Shown here: one piece after another, positions 10,772 to 19,665 of the stretch | Numbering within the stretch: the first letter of the stretch is position 1 | How the letters are laid out: every line of letters starts with the position of its first letter | Source of the DNA: Nitrospirota bacterium | GTDB lineage: Bacteria; Nitrospirota; Nitrospiria; 2-01-FULL-66-17 | Length of the DNA: 64,000 nt | Direction of reading: 5' to 3' | NCBI GenBank assembly: GCA_049325335.1 | Contig: JBMOMC010000044.1 | Span: forward strand, 32,001 to 96,000 | Made by a program: the position numbers and the translations under genes | The notes under the pieces: model-generated | What the model saw: only the letters and a program-made list of their open reading frames with translations | Database searches by the model: none | Told to the model about the DNA's origin: nothing

Positions 10772-11992
10772 TTAATGAGCCGACCAGTTCACCGCTTTCA
10801 GATCAATCCCTTCTTTCGCCATCTCATAGAGCGGCGACATCTCCCGCAGCTTCGTCACCGCCTGTACCACCCGGTCGATGACGAAGTCGATTTCCTCCTG
10901 GGTGTTGAACCGGCCGAGCCCGAACCGGATCGACGAGTGCGCCAGATCCGATCCCACCCCGAGCGACCGCAACACGTAGGACGGCTCCAGCGTCGCGGAC
11001 GTGCAGGCGGAACCGGACGACAACGCAATGTCCTTCAGGCCCATCAACATGGCCTCGCCCTCGACGTACGCGAAACTGATATTGAGGTTATGCGGCAATC
11101 GCTTGACCTGGTGACCGTTCACATATACCTCATCCAAACCTTTAAAGATTCCGTCGCGCAACCGATCGCGCAACGCCGCCAAACGCACCGACTCGGTGGG
11201 CATCACCTCGCCCGCAATCCGGCACGCTTCACCGAACCCAACGATCAGCGGCACCGGCAGGGTGCCGGACCGCATGCCGCGCTCGTGCCCGCCGCCGTCC
11301 ATCTGCGCGGCTAACCGCACCCGCGGGTTGCGGCGACGCACGTACAACGCGCCCACGCCCTTGGGACCGTAAATCTTGTGCGAGGAGAACGACATGAGGT
11401 CGATCCCCATCGCCTGCACGTCCACCGGAATCTTGCCCACGCCCTGGGTCGCGTCGCAGTGAAAGATCACGCCACGTTCCTTGGCGATCTTGCCGATCTC
11501 AGCCACCGGGTTGATCGTGCCGATTTCGTTGTTCGCCATCATCACGGAGATCAGAATCGTGCGATCTGTGATCGCGTTTCTCACATCGTCGGGATTGACG
11601 ACTCCATCGGCCGGAACCGGAAGATACGTGACCGTCAGCCCGTCCTTCTCCAACCGTTTGGCGGTATCGAGAATCGCGCGATGCTCGGTGGCCACGGTGA
11701 TGACGTGATCTCCCTTTTCGCGATACATCGCGGCCACGCCTTTGAGCGCCAGATTGTTCGACTCGGTCGCCCCGCTGGTCAATACGATTTCCTTCGGGTC
11801 CGCGTGAATCAATGCCGCGATTTGCGCGCGCCCAGCCTCCACCGCGGACTCGGCTTCCCAACCGAACGCGTGGTTACGGCTGGCCGCGTTCCCGAACTTC
11901 TCGGTGAAGTACGGCAACATGGCTTGGAGCACGCGCGGATCACACGGCGTGGTGGAGTGGTTATCGAGGTAAATGGGCAATTTCAAGGCCAT
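10772..11992 (-). CDS. iscS: Cysteine desulfurase IscS
   Basis: [13 protein letters not shown] lysine, SSGSACTS, C-terminal [15 protein letters not shown]. Confidence 0.97.
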   Translation of the reverse strand: MALKLPIYLDNHSTTPCDPRVLQAMLPYFTEKFGNAASRNHAFGWEAESAVEAGRAQIAALIHADPKEIVLTSGATESNNLALKGVAAMYREKGDHVITVATEHRAILDTAKRLEKDGLTVTYLPVPADGVVNPDDVRNAITDRTILISVMMANNEIGTINPVAEIGKIAKERGVIFHCDATQGVGKIPVDVQAMGIDLMSFSSHKIYGPKGVGALYVRRRNPRVRLAAQMDGGGHERGMRSGTLPVPLIVGFGEACRIAGEVMPTESVRLAALRDRLRDGIFKGLDEVYVNGHQVKRLPHNLNISFAYVEGEAMLMGLKDIALSSGSACTSATLEPSYVLRSLGVGSDLAHSSIRFGLGRFNTQEEIDFVIDRVVQAVTKLREMSPLYEMAKEGIDLKAVNWSAH

Positions 11993-12425
11993 ACGAATGC
12001 TCCTCCTGCCGGCTGATCTGCGACATCTCGGCCAGCGTCATCCCTTGAAGTAGTTTGCGAATCCCGTCCTGAATCTTATAGAGCGGCGATCGAAGGCTGC
12101 ACCACGACCACTGATCGCAGGCCCCGTCACCCTTGCCGACCAATGAACAGGTCGTCAGCATGATCGGTCCTTCGATCGCCTCAATAATCTCGGATACCGT
12201 GATGTCCGTCGCTGGTCTGGCCAGTGCATATCCTCCCTTGGGACCGTTGTGCGACACGATCAACCCTCGTTTGGCCAGACGTTGGAGGACTTTGGCAAGC
12301 AGTTCAACCGGAATGTGGTACTCGTCCGCGATCCGTTTTGTGTTGACGGACAAACTGTCGTGGCTCAAGGCGATATAGTTCATCGCCAATAAGCCATAAT
12401 CGATCTTTTTCGAGAGCTTTAACAC
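11961..12425 (-). CDS. iscR: Rrf2-family regulator (IscR-like) with three Cys
   Basis: [10 protein letters not shown]...IEAIEGP; C-x9-C-x5-C; first gene of the isc operon. Confidence 0.8.
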   Translation of the reverse strand: MLKLSKKIDYGLLAMNYIALSHDSLSVNTKRIADEYHIPVELLAKVLQRLAKRGLIVSHNGPKGGYALARPATDITVSEIIEAIEGPIMLTTCSLVGKGDGACDQWSWCSLRSPLYKIQDGIRKLLQGMTLAEMSQISRQEEHSYGLEIAHLPR

Positions 12426-12474
12426 AGCGAGCCCCCTATCCTATATACGACTGCTTTCATCCCCGACCGTTTAA

Positions 12475-12530
12475 ATCTGCGACTAATTGAGTCGGATACA
12501 AATATAACGAGTACCGCTCCTCGAAGTCAA
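12475..12530 (-). promoter_or_regulatory. isc promoter with IscR/Rrf2-type operator
   Basis: Minus strand TTGACT-N18-TATATT (12530-12501), followed by the palindrome CGACT-N5-AGTCG (12480-12494), which resembles IscR type-1 sites. Confidence 0.65.
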
Positions 12531-12580
12531 GAACAATTTGTCCCTAGTGAAGATTCGGTTGAACAGGGCTAGCCAGGAGG

Positions 12581-13105
12581 CTAGCCCTGACTTGACGTCA
12601 TGCGTTCCGACAACGATTTCGATTTTTTCTCAACGTCTTGCGCCATCTTCGCCCGGTACTCCACGAGCCGTTTGGCCAGGCTTTGATCTTGGAGCGCCAG
12701 GATACGCGCGGCAAGAATCCCCGCGTTTTTCGCCCCGGCCTTCCCGATCGCGACCGTGGCCACCGGGATGCCTCCAGGCATCTGAACCGTGGACAACAAT
12801 GCATCAAGGCCCTGGAGCGAGGAGGCTTCCAACGGCACCCCGATCACCGGCAGCAGGGTTTCGGACGCCGTGACCCCGGCCAAGTGCGCGGCCCCGCCCG
12901 CGCCCGCGATAATGACCCGCACGCCCTGAGCCTCCACCCCGCGGATCCACGCGCGCAGCAGATCGGGCGCCCGATGCGCAGAGGCGATCGTCATGGTGTA
13001 CGGAATTCCCAGCTCCTTGAGCACCTTCCCGGCTTCCTCCATAATCGGCAGATCCGAGTCACTGCCCATCACAATACCCACCAATGGTCGTGTCGTTGCG
13101 GTCAT
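12581..13105 (-). CDS. purE: N5-CAIR mutase
   Basis: IVMGSDSDL, SAHRAP, AGAGGAAHL, STVQMPGGIPVATVAIG. Confidence 0.97.
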   Translation of the reverse strand: MTATTRPLVGIVMGSDSDLPIMEEAGKVLKELGIPYTMTIASAHRAPDLLRAWIRGVEAQGVRVIIAGAGGAAHLAGVTASETLLPVIGVPLEASSLQGLDALLSTVQMPGGIPVATVAIGKAGAKNAGILAARILALQDQSLAKRLVEYRAKMAQDVEKKSKSLSERMTSSQG

Positions 13106-13405
13106 ATCGCCTCCCAGCGTACTCAAAAATGGAGGGCTACCCTATCACCATACTGACCTAGGGTCAAGCGGATATCCGCACCCTCATAACCCCATTTATA
13201 CGACTAACCCAACCCCTACTTAACCGTTTCTTAATCCATCGAATGTTAGATTGACGACCATGTTCAGCAGGGGAAGCACCCATGCCTGGCCCATTTGTCG
13301 TCAGTGACGTCACGAAGTCGGACGATCAGATCGCCCACCCGTCCAGGCCAATTCTCACTGCCCATCGGATTGAGCAAGCCCCTTCCCTATGGTAACGTAG
13401 CTGCC

Positions 13406-14605
13406 GTGGGTACAGTCCTGTTTTTACTCGTTGGTCTCACCGCATACGGAGTCTGGGAGTTTCGGACGCACCAACGCCGACTGAAACGCATTCCCATTCG
13501 CATCCACGTCAACGGCACTCGCGGCAAGTCAAGCGTCACGCGGTTGATCGCCGCGGGCCTGCGCACCGGTCCGCGGCAGACTATTGCCAAGACCACCGGA
13601 ACGACGCCCCGCCTCATTTTGGAGGACGGCAGCGAGCTGCCCATTCACCGCGCGGGCTCCGCCAACATCATCGAGCAATTGATGATCGTCAACGTGGCCG
13701 AATCCCGCGGCGCGGACATTCTCGTGATTGAATGCATGGCCGTGCAGCCGCATCTCCAGTGGATCGCGGAGGAGCGGATGATCCAATCCACCCTCGGCGT
13801 GATCACCAACGCGCGGGCCGACCACTTGGACCAGATGGGGCCGACCGTGTTCAATGTCGCGGAAGCGCTCGCAAACACCATCCCCAAACGCTCGACCGTC
13901 TATACCGCCGAACGAACACTGCTCCCCGTGATCGAGCAACGCGCCGCGGCCAAGGGCTCGACCGTGGTCGCGGTGGATGAGCGCTGGGTCAGCGACGACG
14001 AGATCGCCGGGTTCGCCTACGTGGAACATAAAGACAACGTCGCGCTGGCATTGGCCGTGTGCGCCCACTTCGGCATCGAGCGAGCCGCCGCACTCGATGC
14101 CATGCAGCGCGCCGCGCCGGACCAGGGCGTGCTCCAGGGATACCGAGTCCATTTCTTCGCGAAGGACGTGCTCTTTTACAACGCGTTCGCGGCCAACGAC
14201 CGCGACTCGACCCTGATGATCGCGAAACGACTGGGCTTGAAGAACCGACCAGATCACCCGGTGTTCTGGATCGTGAACAACCGCGGAGATCGCCTCCAAC
14301 GCGCGGAACAGTTCGGGGAGATGATCGCCACGGACGTTGACGCGGAACACGTATTCCTGGTCGGAGACTTCACCAAAGCCACCCACGACATCGCGCTGCG
14401 CCTGGGGTATCCCGCCCACCGGCTCAGCGACCTCGGGCAGGTGGGCGTGGACGTCTTGTTCGAGGCGATCATGGGACGCGTCGACCGATCCGCCACCATC
14501 TTGGGAGTCGGCAACATCGGCGGGCTCGGCAAGGAGATCGTCACGTTCTTTAAGAATCGGAGTGATGAATGGTCGAACAAGCCATCGGCCTCGGCCTCGT
14601 TCTGA
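13406..14605 (+). CDS. pgsB: Poly-gamma-glutamate synthase PgsB/CapB
   Basis: IHVNGTRGKSSVTRLI, AKTTGT, ANIIEQ, IECMAVQP, ITNARADHLD.MGP, NAFAAND, NNRGDR; start uncertain (GTG at 13406 precedes the TM anchor). Confidence 0.93.
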   Translation: MGTVLFLLVGLTAYGVWEFRTHQRRLKRIPIRIHVNGTRGKSSVTRLIAAGLRTGPRQTIAKTTGTTPRLILEDGSELPIHRAGSANIIEQLMIVNVAESRGADILVIECMAVQPHLQWIAEERMIQSTLGVITNARADHLDQMGPTVFNVAEALANTIPKRSTVYTAERTLLPVIEQRAAAKGSTVVAVDERWVSDDEIAGFAYVEHKDNVALALAVCAHFGIERAAALDAMQRAAPDQGVLQGYRVHFFAKDVLFYNAFAANDRDSTLMIAKRLGLKNRPDHPVFWIVNNRGDRLQRAEQFGEMIATDVDAEHVFLVGDFTKATHDIALRLGYPAHRLSDLGQVGVDVLFEAIMGRVDRSATILGVGNIGGLGKEIVTFFKNRSDEWSNKPSASASF

Positions 14606-15033
14606 GCCTGATATTTTCGGAGTCGCTCGGTCTGGCCGCGGGCGGCATGGTGGTTCCCGGCTACATCGCGCTGTATATTCACCAGCCGTTTCTCGTGCTT
14701 GGGACCATCGTCGCGAGCCTGCTCACGCTCGGAACCGTGAAGGTCCTGACCAACTATATTTTGATCTACGGTCGCCGCCGGATCGTGTTCTCGATCATCC
14801 TCGGGTTCCTGTTCGGCTGGCTCGCCAAAAATGTGTTCATTGTCTCGTTCCCGGACTACACCGTGGAACTCAAGTCCATCGGCTACATCATTCCGGGCCT
14901 GATCGCGAATTGGATGGAGCGGCAAGGCGCGACCAAGACCCTCTGCATCATGGTCACCACTGCGGTGATCGTTCGGTTGATCCTGATGCTCATCTCCGGG
15001 GAGGTCATTCCAGTTGAAATGGCGATCCGATAA
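14569..15033 (+). CDS. pgsC: Poly-gamma-glutamate biosynthesis membrane protein PgsC/CapC
   Basis: GLAAGGMVVPGYIAL, LIYGRRR, SIGYIIPGLIA. Confidence 0.94.
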   Translation: MVEQAIGLGLVLSLIFSESLGLAAGGMVVPGYIALYIHQPFLVLGTIVASLLTLGTVKVLTNYILIYGRRRIVFSIILGFLFGWLAKNVFIVSFPDYTVELKSIGYIIPGLIANWMERQGATKTLCIMVTTAVIVRLILMLISGEVIPVEMAIR

Positions 15034-16171
15034 GGCCTCGCTGCAGACTCTGCTCTTCATCACGGCCGTCGCCGTGTTGTCGCTCGTTTTAGCGGAACAG
15101 ACCGTCACACCGGTGCGTGAGCCGCATTACACGAAAAAAATGCAAGCCGCAAAACAAACGCTCCTGGCTCAACACACGCTGCGCACGCTCCGTGAAAGCC
15201 AAAACATCGTGGTCGACCCGGTCAATGATCCCAATGGCACCGGCATGATCGGCAGCGAGTTCACGCTGATCACCACCGACCGCGGGGACATCACGTCCAA
15301 GCTGACCGGCACGAACCCCAACTTCGCCGCGGCGATCGTGCAAATGCTCACCGACGCCAAACTCAAGAAGGACGACGTGGTGGCGGTCGCAATGACCGGA
15401 TCGTTCCCCGCGCTCAATATCGCCACCCTCGCCGCCCTCGAAGCCCTCGACCTCACCCCCATCGTGATTACGTCGGTGGGCTCCTCGTCGTGGGGTGCCA
15501 CGGACCCCGCGTTCACTTGGCTGGATATGGAACGCGCGTTGAACGAGGCCGGGGTGTTCCACACGCGCTCAGTCGCCGCGTCGATCGGCGGGGGGAAAGA
15601 CTCGGGACGCGGACTCTCCCCAGAAGGACGACAGGCCATCGAGGCCGCGGTTGCCCGCAACAAGGTCGCTTTTATCAATGAAGCAACTGTTGAAGCGTCC
15701 ATCGAGGCCCGGTTGGCGACCTACGACCGGCACGCGGGCGGCAAACGGATCAAGGCGTTCGTCAATGTCGGGGGCGGCATCGCCAGCCTCGGCAACTCGA
15801 TCAACGGCACGCTGATCCCGGCCGGACTCTCCACCAGCCTCCGCGACAAGAACTTCCCAATGAAGGGCGCGCTGATCCGTATGGCCGACCGCGGTATCCC
15901 GGTGATCCACATTTTGGACGTGCAGCGTCTGGCCAAACGGTACGGCTTGCCGATCGACCCGGTCCCGCTGCCGGAACTCGGACAAGGACCGATCTACTTC
16001 AAAGAACGATACGATCGCTTCAAACTCGGCTTGATCATCATCGTACTCCTTGCATTGACCGCCGCGGTTGTCCGCCTCGATATGCGGCACTACGTGCAAC
16101 AGTTCCGGAGCGGACAATACGGCGCGGGCGGATCGACCGTGCCCCCGGCACCCCCTCCAACATCGCGATGA
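15014..16171 (+). CDS. pgsW: Poly-gamma-glutamate system protein (PgsW type)
   Basis: DPNGTGMIG.EFT.ITT..G..SK.T.TNPNFAA, GSFPALN, GSSSWGA, FVNVGGG; TM helices at both ends; coupled to pgsC. Confidence 0.82.
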   Translation: MKWRSDKASLQTLLFITAVAVLSLVLAEQTVTPVREPHYTKKMQAAKQTLLAQHTLRTLRESQNIVVDPVNDPNGTGMIGSEFTLITTDRGDITSKLTGTNPNFAAAIVQMLTDAKLKKDDVVAVAMTGSFPALNIATLAALEALDLTPIVITSVGSSSWGATDPAFTWLDMERALNEAGVFHTRSVAASIGGGKDSGRGLSPEGRQAIEAAVARNKVAFINEATVEASIEARLATYDRHAGGKRIKAFVNVGGGIASLGNSINGTLIPAGLSTSLRDKNFPMKGALIRMADRGIPVIHILDVQRLAKRYGLPIDPVPLPELGQGPIYFKERYDRFKLGLIIIVLLALTAAVVRLDMRHYVQQFRSGQYGAGGSTVPPAPPPTSR

Positions 16172-16190
16172 CCCAGAAAGGACTACACAC

Positions 16191-16727
16191 ATGATGATCA
16201 CGGTCCGCACGTTCGTCCTCAGCGCGGTCGCAGCCGCCTGCTCCTCGACGCTCCTGCTCACGAGCCCGGCCGGCGCCGCGCCCCGCGTCAAGCCCCGCGT
16301 GGTGTCGTTTACTCCCGACAGCTACGTACGCGTGGAGACCGTGGTCACCAAATCCAAGGAGCGCAAGTATTACGTGATGAGTCCCGACAAACCAATCGAG
16401 TTTTCCCTCAGCGGCCCCACAACCGTGAACATCTCAACCCGTCTCCTCTTCTCCGTGGACATGAAGGGCGAGCAGCGGTACACGATCAGCGTAACCCAAG
16501 ACACGTTGCTGGGCCATGCGCAAGAGGTCGCCGCTATGACCTTCACCGCCAGCAAGTCGCCGGTTTCCATTTTGGGAACTGGAAGTCGGCTCGTTCCGGG
16601 TGAGGGGAAACGGCTCAAACTCACGGTGCCGTCCGGGCGCCACGCTTACCGAATTCACCTGTCCGGGACCTCGGCCCAAGAAGCCGCGGTCCGGATCATG
16701 GTTCCCAGAAAAGCGATTCGTCCCTAA
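16191..16727 (+). CDS. Secreted/periplasmic hypothetical protein, beta-rich and basic
   Basis: Signal peptide ending SPAGA; starts 19 nt after the pgsW stop with an AAGGA RBS. Confidence 0.7.
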   Translation: MMITVRTFVLSAVAAACSSTLLLTSPAGAAPRVKPRVVSFTPDSYVRVETVVTKSKERKYYVMSPDKPIEFSLSGPTTVNISTRLLFSVDMKGEQRYTISVTQDTLLGHAQEVAAMTFTASKSPVSILGTGSRLVPGEGKRLKLTVPSGRHAYRIHLSGTSAQEAAVRIMVPRKAIRP

Positions 16728-16742
16728 TCCGACAAGGAGCAC

Positions 16743-17771
16743 ATGATGCGCGCACGTCTACTCACAGGACTATTCGTTGTCGTTATCAGTCTGATCGCCA
16801 CTGAGCACGCAAACGCCGCTGCGCCGGACCTGCGCGCGGAAGCCGGTCTACGGATCCGTTACGACGATAACGTGTTCCAGTACTCGGATCGCAACCTCGG
16901 CCGGTATGATCAGACGCTCCCGAAGTTCAGGACCATTGAATCGACCGACGACATCATCGTGACCCCGTCGATCGACATTCGCGCCACGTGGAAAGGCCGC
17001 TACACCACCCGCCTGTTTGGGGGCGTGGACGTCAACCAGTACACGAAGAATACGGATCGCAGCAGCCAGACCTACACCCTCGGCGTGACTCAGAAATTGC
17101 CGCACGACACCGGAATCACCCTGCGCTATCGCTTCGTGCCAACCCACTTCGGCTGGCGACTGGCTGATCCACCCAATCAGACCATCACGTACTCGAACGC
17201 CGAACTCTCGTCATCCTCATGGCGGTTGGCGGCGGATCACGACTTTACCCGAACGCTTAATGCGGAACTCTACGGCGCGTGGGAGAGCAAGGATTACAAT
17301 CCCGCGTTCAACCATCGAGACATGACGGTCAAAGAAGTCGGTTTTTCCGGAACCGTGCGGCTTCGTCCCAAGGTTTCGGTCACGCTCGGTGGGAGCCACG
17401 AAACAGGCGATGCGGCCGGCGCGGGAGACGCATCCATCAACGGCGGCTCCGACACGTCATACCGCCAGTGGTCGGCCTTTGTGAAGCCTCGGATCTCCCC
17501 CACGCGCGACTGGGACGTGGCGCTCACCTACGAGTATCAGAAGCGGGACTTTACCTCGGCATTGGTCGCGGACACCAACTACACTCAGCGCGAGGACACG
17601 ACCCACACGATTGGACTCGACTCGACGGTGCAGATCAGGAAAAACATTGAGTTGCGCGCGGACTACGACCACATCCAGCGCTCGGTGGCGAGCCTCGCGC
17701 CCGGGGTCAACTTGGACTTCGGAAACTACACCGAACAGCGTGTGACGCTCGGCGCCGACTACCGTTTCTAG
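16743..17771 (+). CDS. Outer-membrane beta-barrel protein
   Basis: Signal peptide ending ANA; YDDNV near the N-terminus; amphipathic aromatic strands; C-terminal ADYRF. Confidence 0.8.
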   Translation: MMRARLLTGLFVVVISLIATEHANAAAPDLRAEAGLRIRYDDNVFQYSDRNLGRYDQTLPKFRTIESTDDIIVTPSIDIRATWKGRYTTRLFGGVDVNQYTKNTDRSSQTYTLGVTQKLPHDTGITLRYRFVPTHFGWRLADPPNQTITYSNAELSSSSWRLAADHDFTRTLNAELYGAWESKDYNPAFNHRDMTVKEVGFSGTVRLRPKVSVTLGGSHETGDAAGAGDASINGGSDTSYRQWSAFVKPRISPTRDWDVALTYEYQKRDFTSALVADTNYTQREDTTHTIGLDSTVQIRKNIELRADYDHIQRSVASLAPGVNLDFGNYTEQRVTLGADYRF

Positions 17772-18685
17772 CCCGCTGATTCGTTCGGTTTTTTCGGCAC
17801 CGGCGTGACCAGCCACACCAGGCCGCCGATGGCGCTGGACGCGATCAACACTACGAGCCAGAGCAATGCGAGTGAGAGCGCCTGGGCCTCGGGCACGCCG
17901 ACCTGGGCCATAAAGAAGACGAACGCGCCCTCGCGCACGCCCAGGCCGTTGAGACTCACCGGGATCATGGTGGCCACCGCGATCAGCGGGATCAGGATGA
18001 AGTAAAACGCGATAGGCATGTCGAGCCCCAGCGCCATGGCATTGAAAATATTCACCACCACGACCAAACTCTGGAGCAGAACCGACAGTCCTGCGACGAA
18101 TGCGAGGGTCCCTGGACGCCGGAAGAATTCGATCACCAGTGGCGCCGACGTCCGGAGCGAGGCGAGCGGCCCTCGCGCAACCAGTCCCACCGCGAGCAGC
18201 GCGAGTAACGCGACCACGCCGGCCCCAAGCGCCCACGCCATCCACGACGGCAGGTGGACGCGGCCGAATATTACCGTGGCGGTCGCCGCGATCGCGCACA
18301 TGGTGGCGAATCCGACTCCGCGATCGGCCAGCACGGAAACGATGGCGCGTCGCCAATCTGAAGCCGACCGCGCCACGTAATAACATCGATACACATCCCC
18401 GCCCACGCCGGTGGGCAGGAACAAATTGAAGAACATGCCGACGTAGTAGTACCGAACGAACCGGCTCCACGTCCCATGTAAATTGAGCACCTGCGCCAAC
18501 AGCAACCACCGCCACGCGCAGAGCCCTTGCAGCGCCAGGTACAGGAAGAACCCCGCGATGACCCAGCCCCACGCCGCGTCGGCCATGAGGCTCGCCACTG
18601 AGCCGATCTCGATGCGGGAAAACAGGTACGCGAGCAGGCCCACGGTGACCGTGAGCTTGAGCGCGAGCAACCCGGCTTTCTTCAT
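17768..18685 (-). CDS. Lysylphosphatidylglycerol-synthase TM-domain (UPF0104) flippase-like protein
   Basis: AWRW, FFNLFLPTGVGGD, SVLADR, IPVSLNGLGVRE. Confidence 0.88.
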   Translation of the reverse strand: MKKAGLLALKLTVTVGLLAYLFSRIEIGSVASLMADAAWGWVIAGFFLYLALQGLCAWRWLLLAQVLNLHGTWSRFVRYYYVGMFFNLFLPTGVGGDVYRCYYVARSASDWRRAIVSVLADRGVGFATMCAIAATATVIFGRVHLPSWMAWALGAGVVALLALLAVGLVARGPLASLRTSAPLVIEFFRRPGTLAFVAGLSVLLQSLVVVVNIFNAMALGLDMPIAFYFILIPLIAVATMIPVSLNGLGVREGAFVFFMAQVGVPEAQALSLALLWLVVLIASSAIGGLVWLVTPVPKKPNESAG

Positions 18686-19665
18686 CCGCCGACATTCCGG
18701 TCATGTGCGATGACTTCCCGGACCGTGTAAATGGGTTTGCCTTGGGATTCGTGGTAGGTACGAATTTGCAGTTCCGCAAGGATGCCTAAACTGGCGATCT
18801 GCAGGCCCGCCAGCATCAGGACCGCGCCGAACAACAACAAGGGACGGCCTGCCAATTGCGCGCCGAACGCGAGCTTTTGTATCGCGAGATACGCCTCGAT
18901 GCCGAACCCGGCCACCATCATGAGAATGCCCGCCCAGCCGAACGCGTGCATGGGCCGCTGCGCGTAACTCTTCAGAAAGCTCACGATGATCAAGTCCATG
19001 ATCACGCGGAACGTGCGCGCCAGGGTGTACTTGCTCCGTCCCTGCACCCGTGGGTGATGACGAACCGGCAACTCCGTGATCTTCGCGCCGTAGATCCCGG
19101 CGAGCGCGGGAATGAAGCGGTGCAGGTCCCCGTACAACGGAATGTTCTGGATCAATTCGGCGCGGTACGCCTTGAGCGAGCACCCATAATCGTGTAACCG
19201 CACGCCCGTGGTGCGGCCGATCAGCCAATTGGCCAGGCGCGACGGCACCACGCGGCTCCAGTGATCGTGCCGGTCGCGCCGCCACCCGCTGACCACGTCG
19301 AACCCCTCGTCGAGCTTCTTGAGCAACAAGGGAATATCGTCCGGGTCGTTTTGCAGGTCTCCGTCCAAGACCACGATCGCGGCCCCCCGCGCGTGGTCGA
19401 ACCCCGCCGCCATCGCCGCGGTCTGGCCGAAGTTCCGGCGCAGGCGGATCACCCGCAGCGCGGGATGCGCGGCGCACAAGCGCCGGTACGCGATCGCGCT
19501 GCCGTCCGTGCTGCCGTCGTCCACGAACAGGACCTCCGCGTCCAATCCATACCGCGCGATCGCGCCAAACACGCGCTCACTCAGCGCGGTTAAGTTCTCG
19601 GCTTCATTAAAGAGCGGAATCACGATCGACAACGCGGGTCGTGGCGGTTCAATCATCGACTTCAT
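18682..19665 (-). CDS. GT2 polyprenol-phosphate glycosyltransferase (ArnC/DPM-like)
   Basis: VDDGSTDGS, RNFGQTAA, DGDLQNDP, HDYGCSLKAYR, two C-terminal TM helices. Confidence 0.92.
   Translation of the reverse strand: MKSMIEPPRPALSIVIPLFNEAENLTALSERVFGAIARYGLDAEVLFVDDGSTDGSAIAYRRLCAAHPALRVIRLRRNFGQTAAMAAGFDHARGAAIVVLDGDLQNDPDDIPLLLKKLDEGFDVVSGWRRDRHDHWSRVVPSRLANWLIGRTTGVRLHDYGCSLKAYRAELIQNIPLYGDLHRFIPALAGIYGAKITELPVRHHPRVQGRSKYTLARTFRVIMDLIIVSFLKSYAQRPMHAFGWAGILMMVAGFGIEAYLAIQKLAFGAQLAGRPLLLFGAVLMLAGLQIASLGILAELQIRTYHESQGKPIYTVREVIAHDRNVGG

Noticed and set aside
13140..13180. Palindromes TGACCTAGGGTCA and GCGGATATCCGC as a dedicated operator
   Set aside because: The first overlaps a plausible purE promoter (TTGACC-N17-TAGGGT on the minus strand); neither recurs in the window
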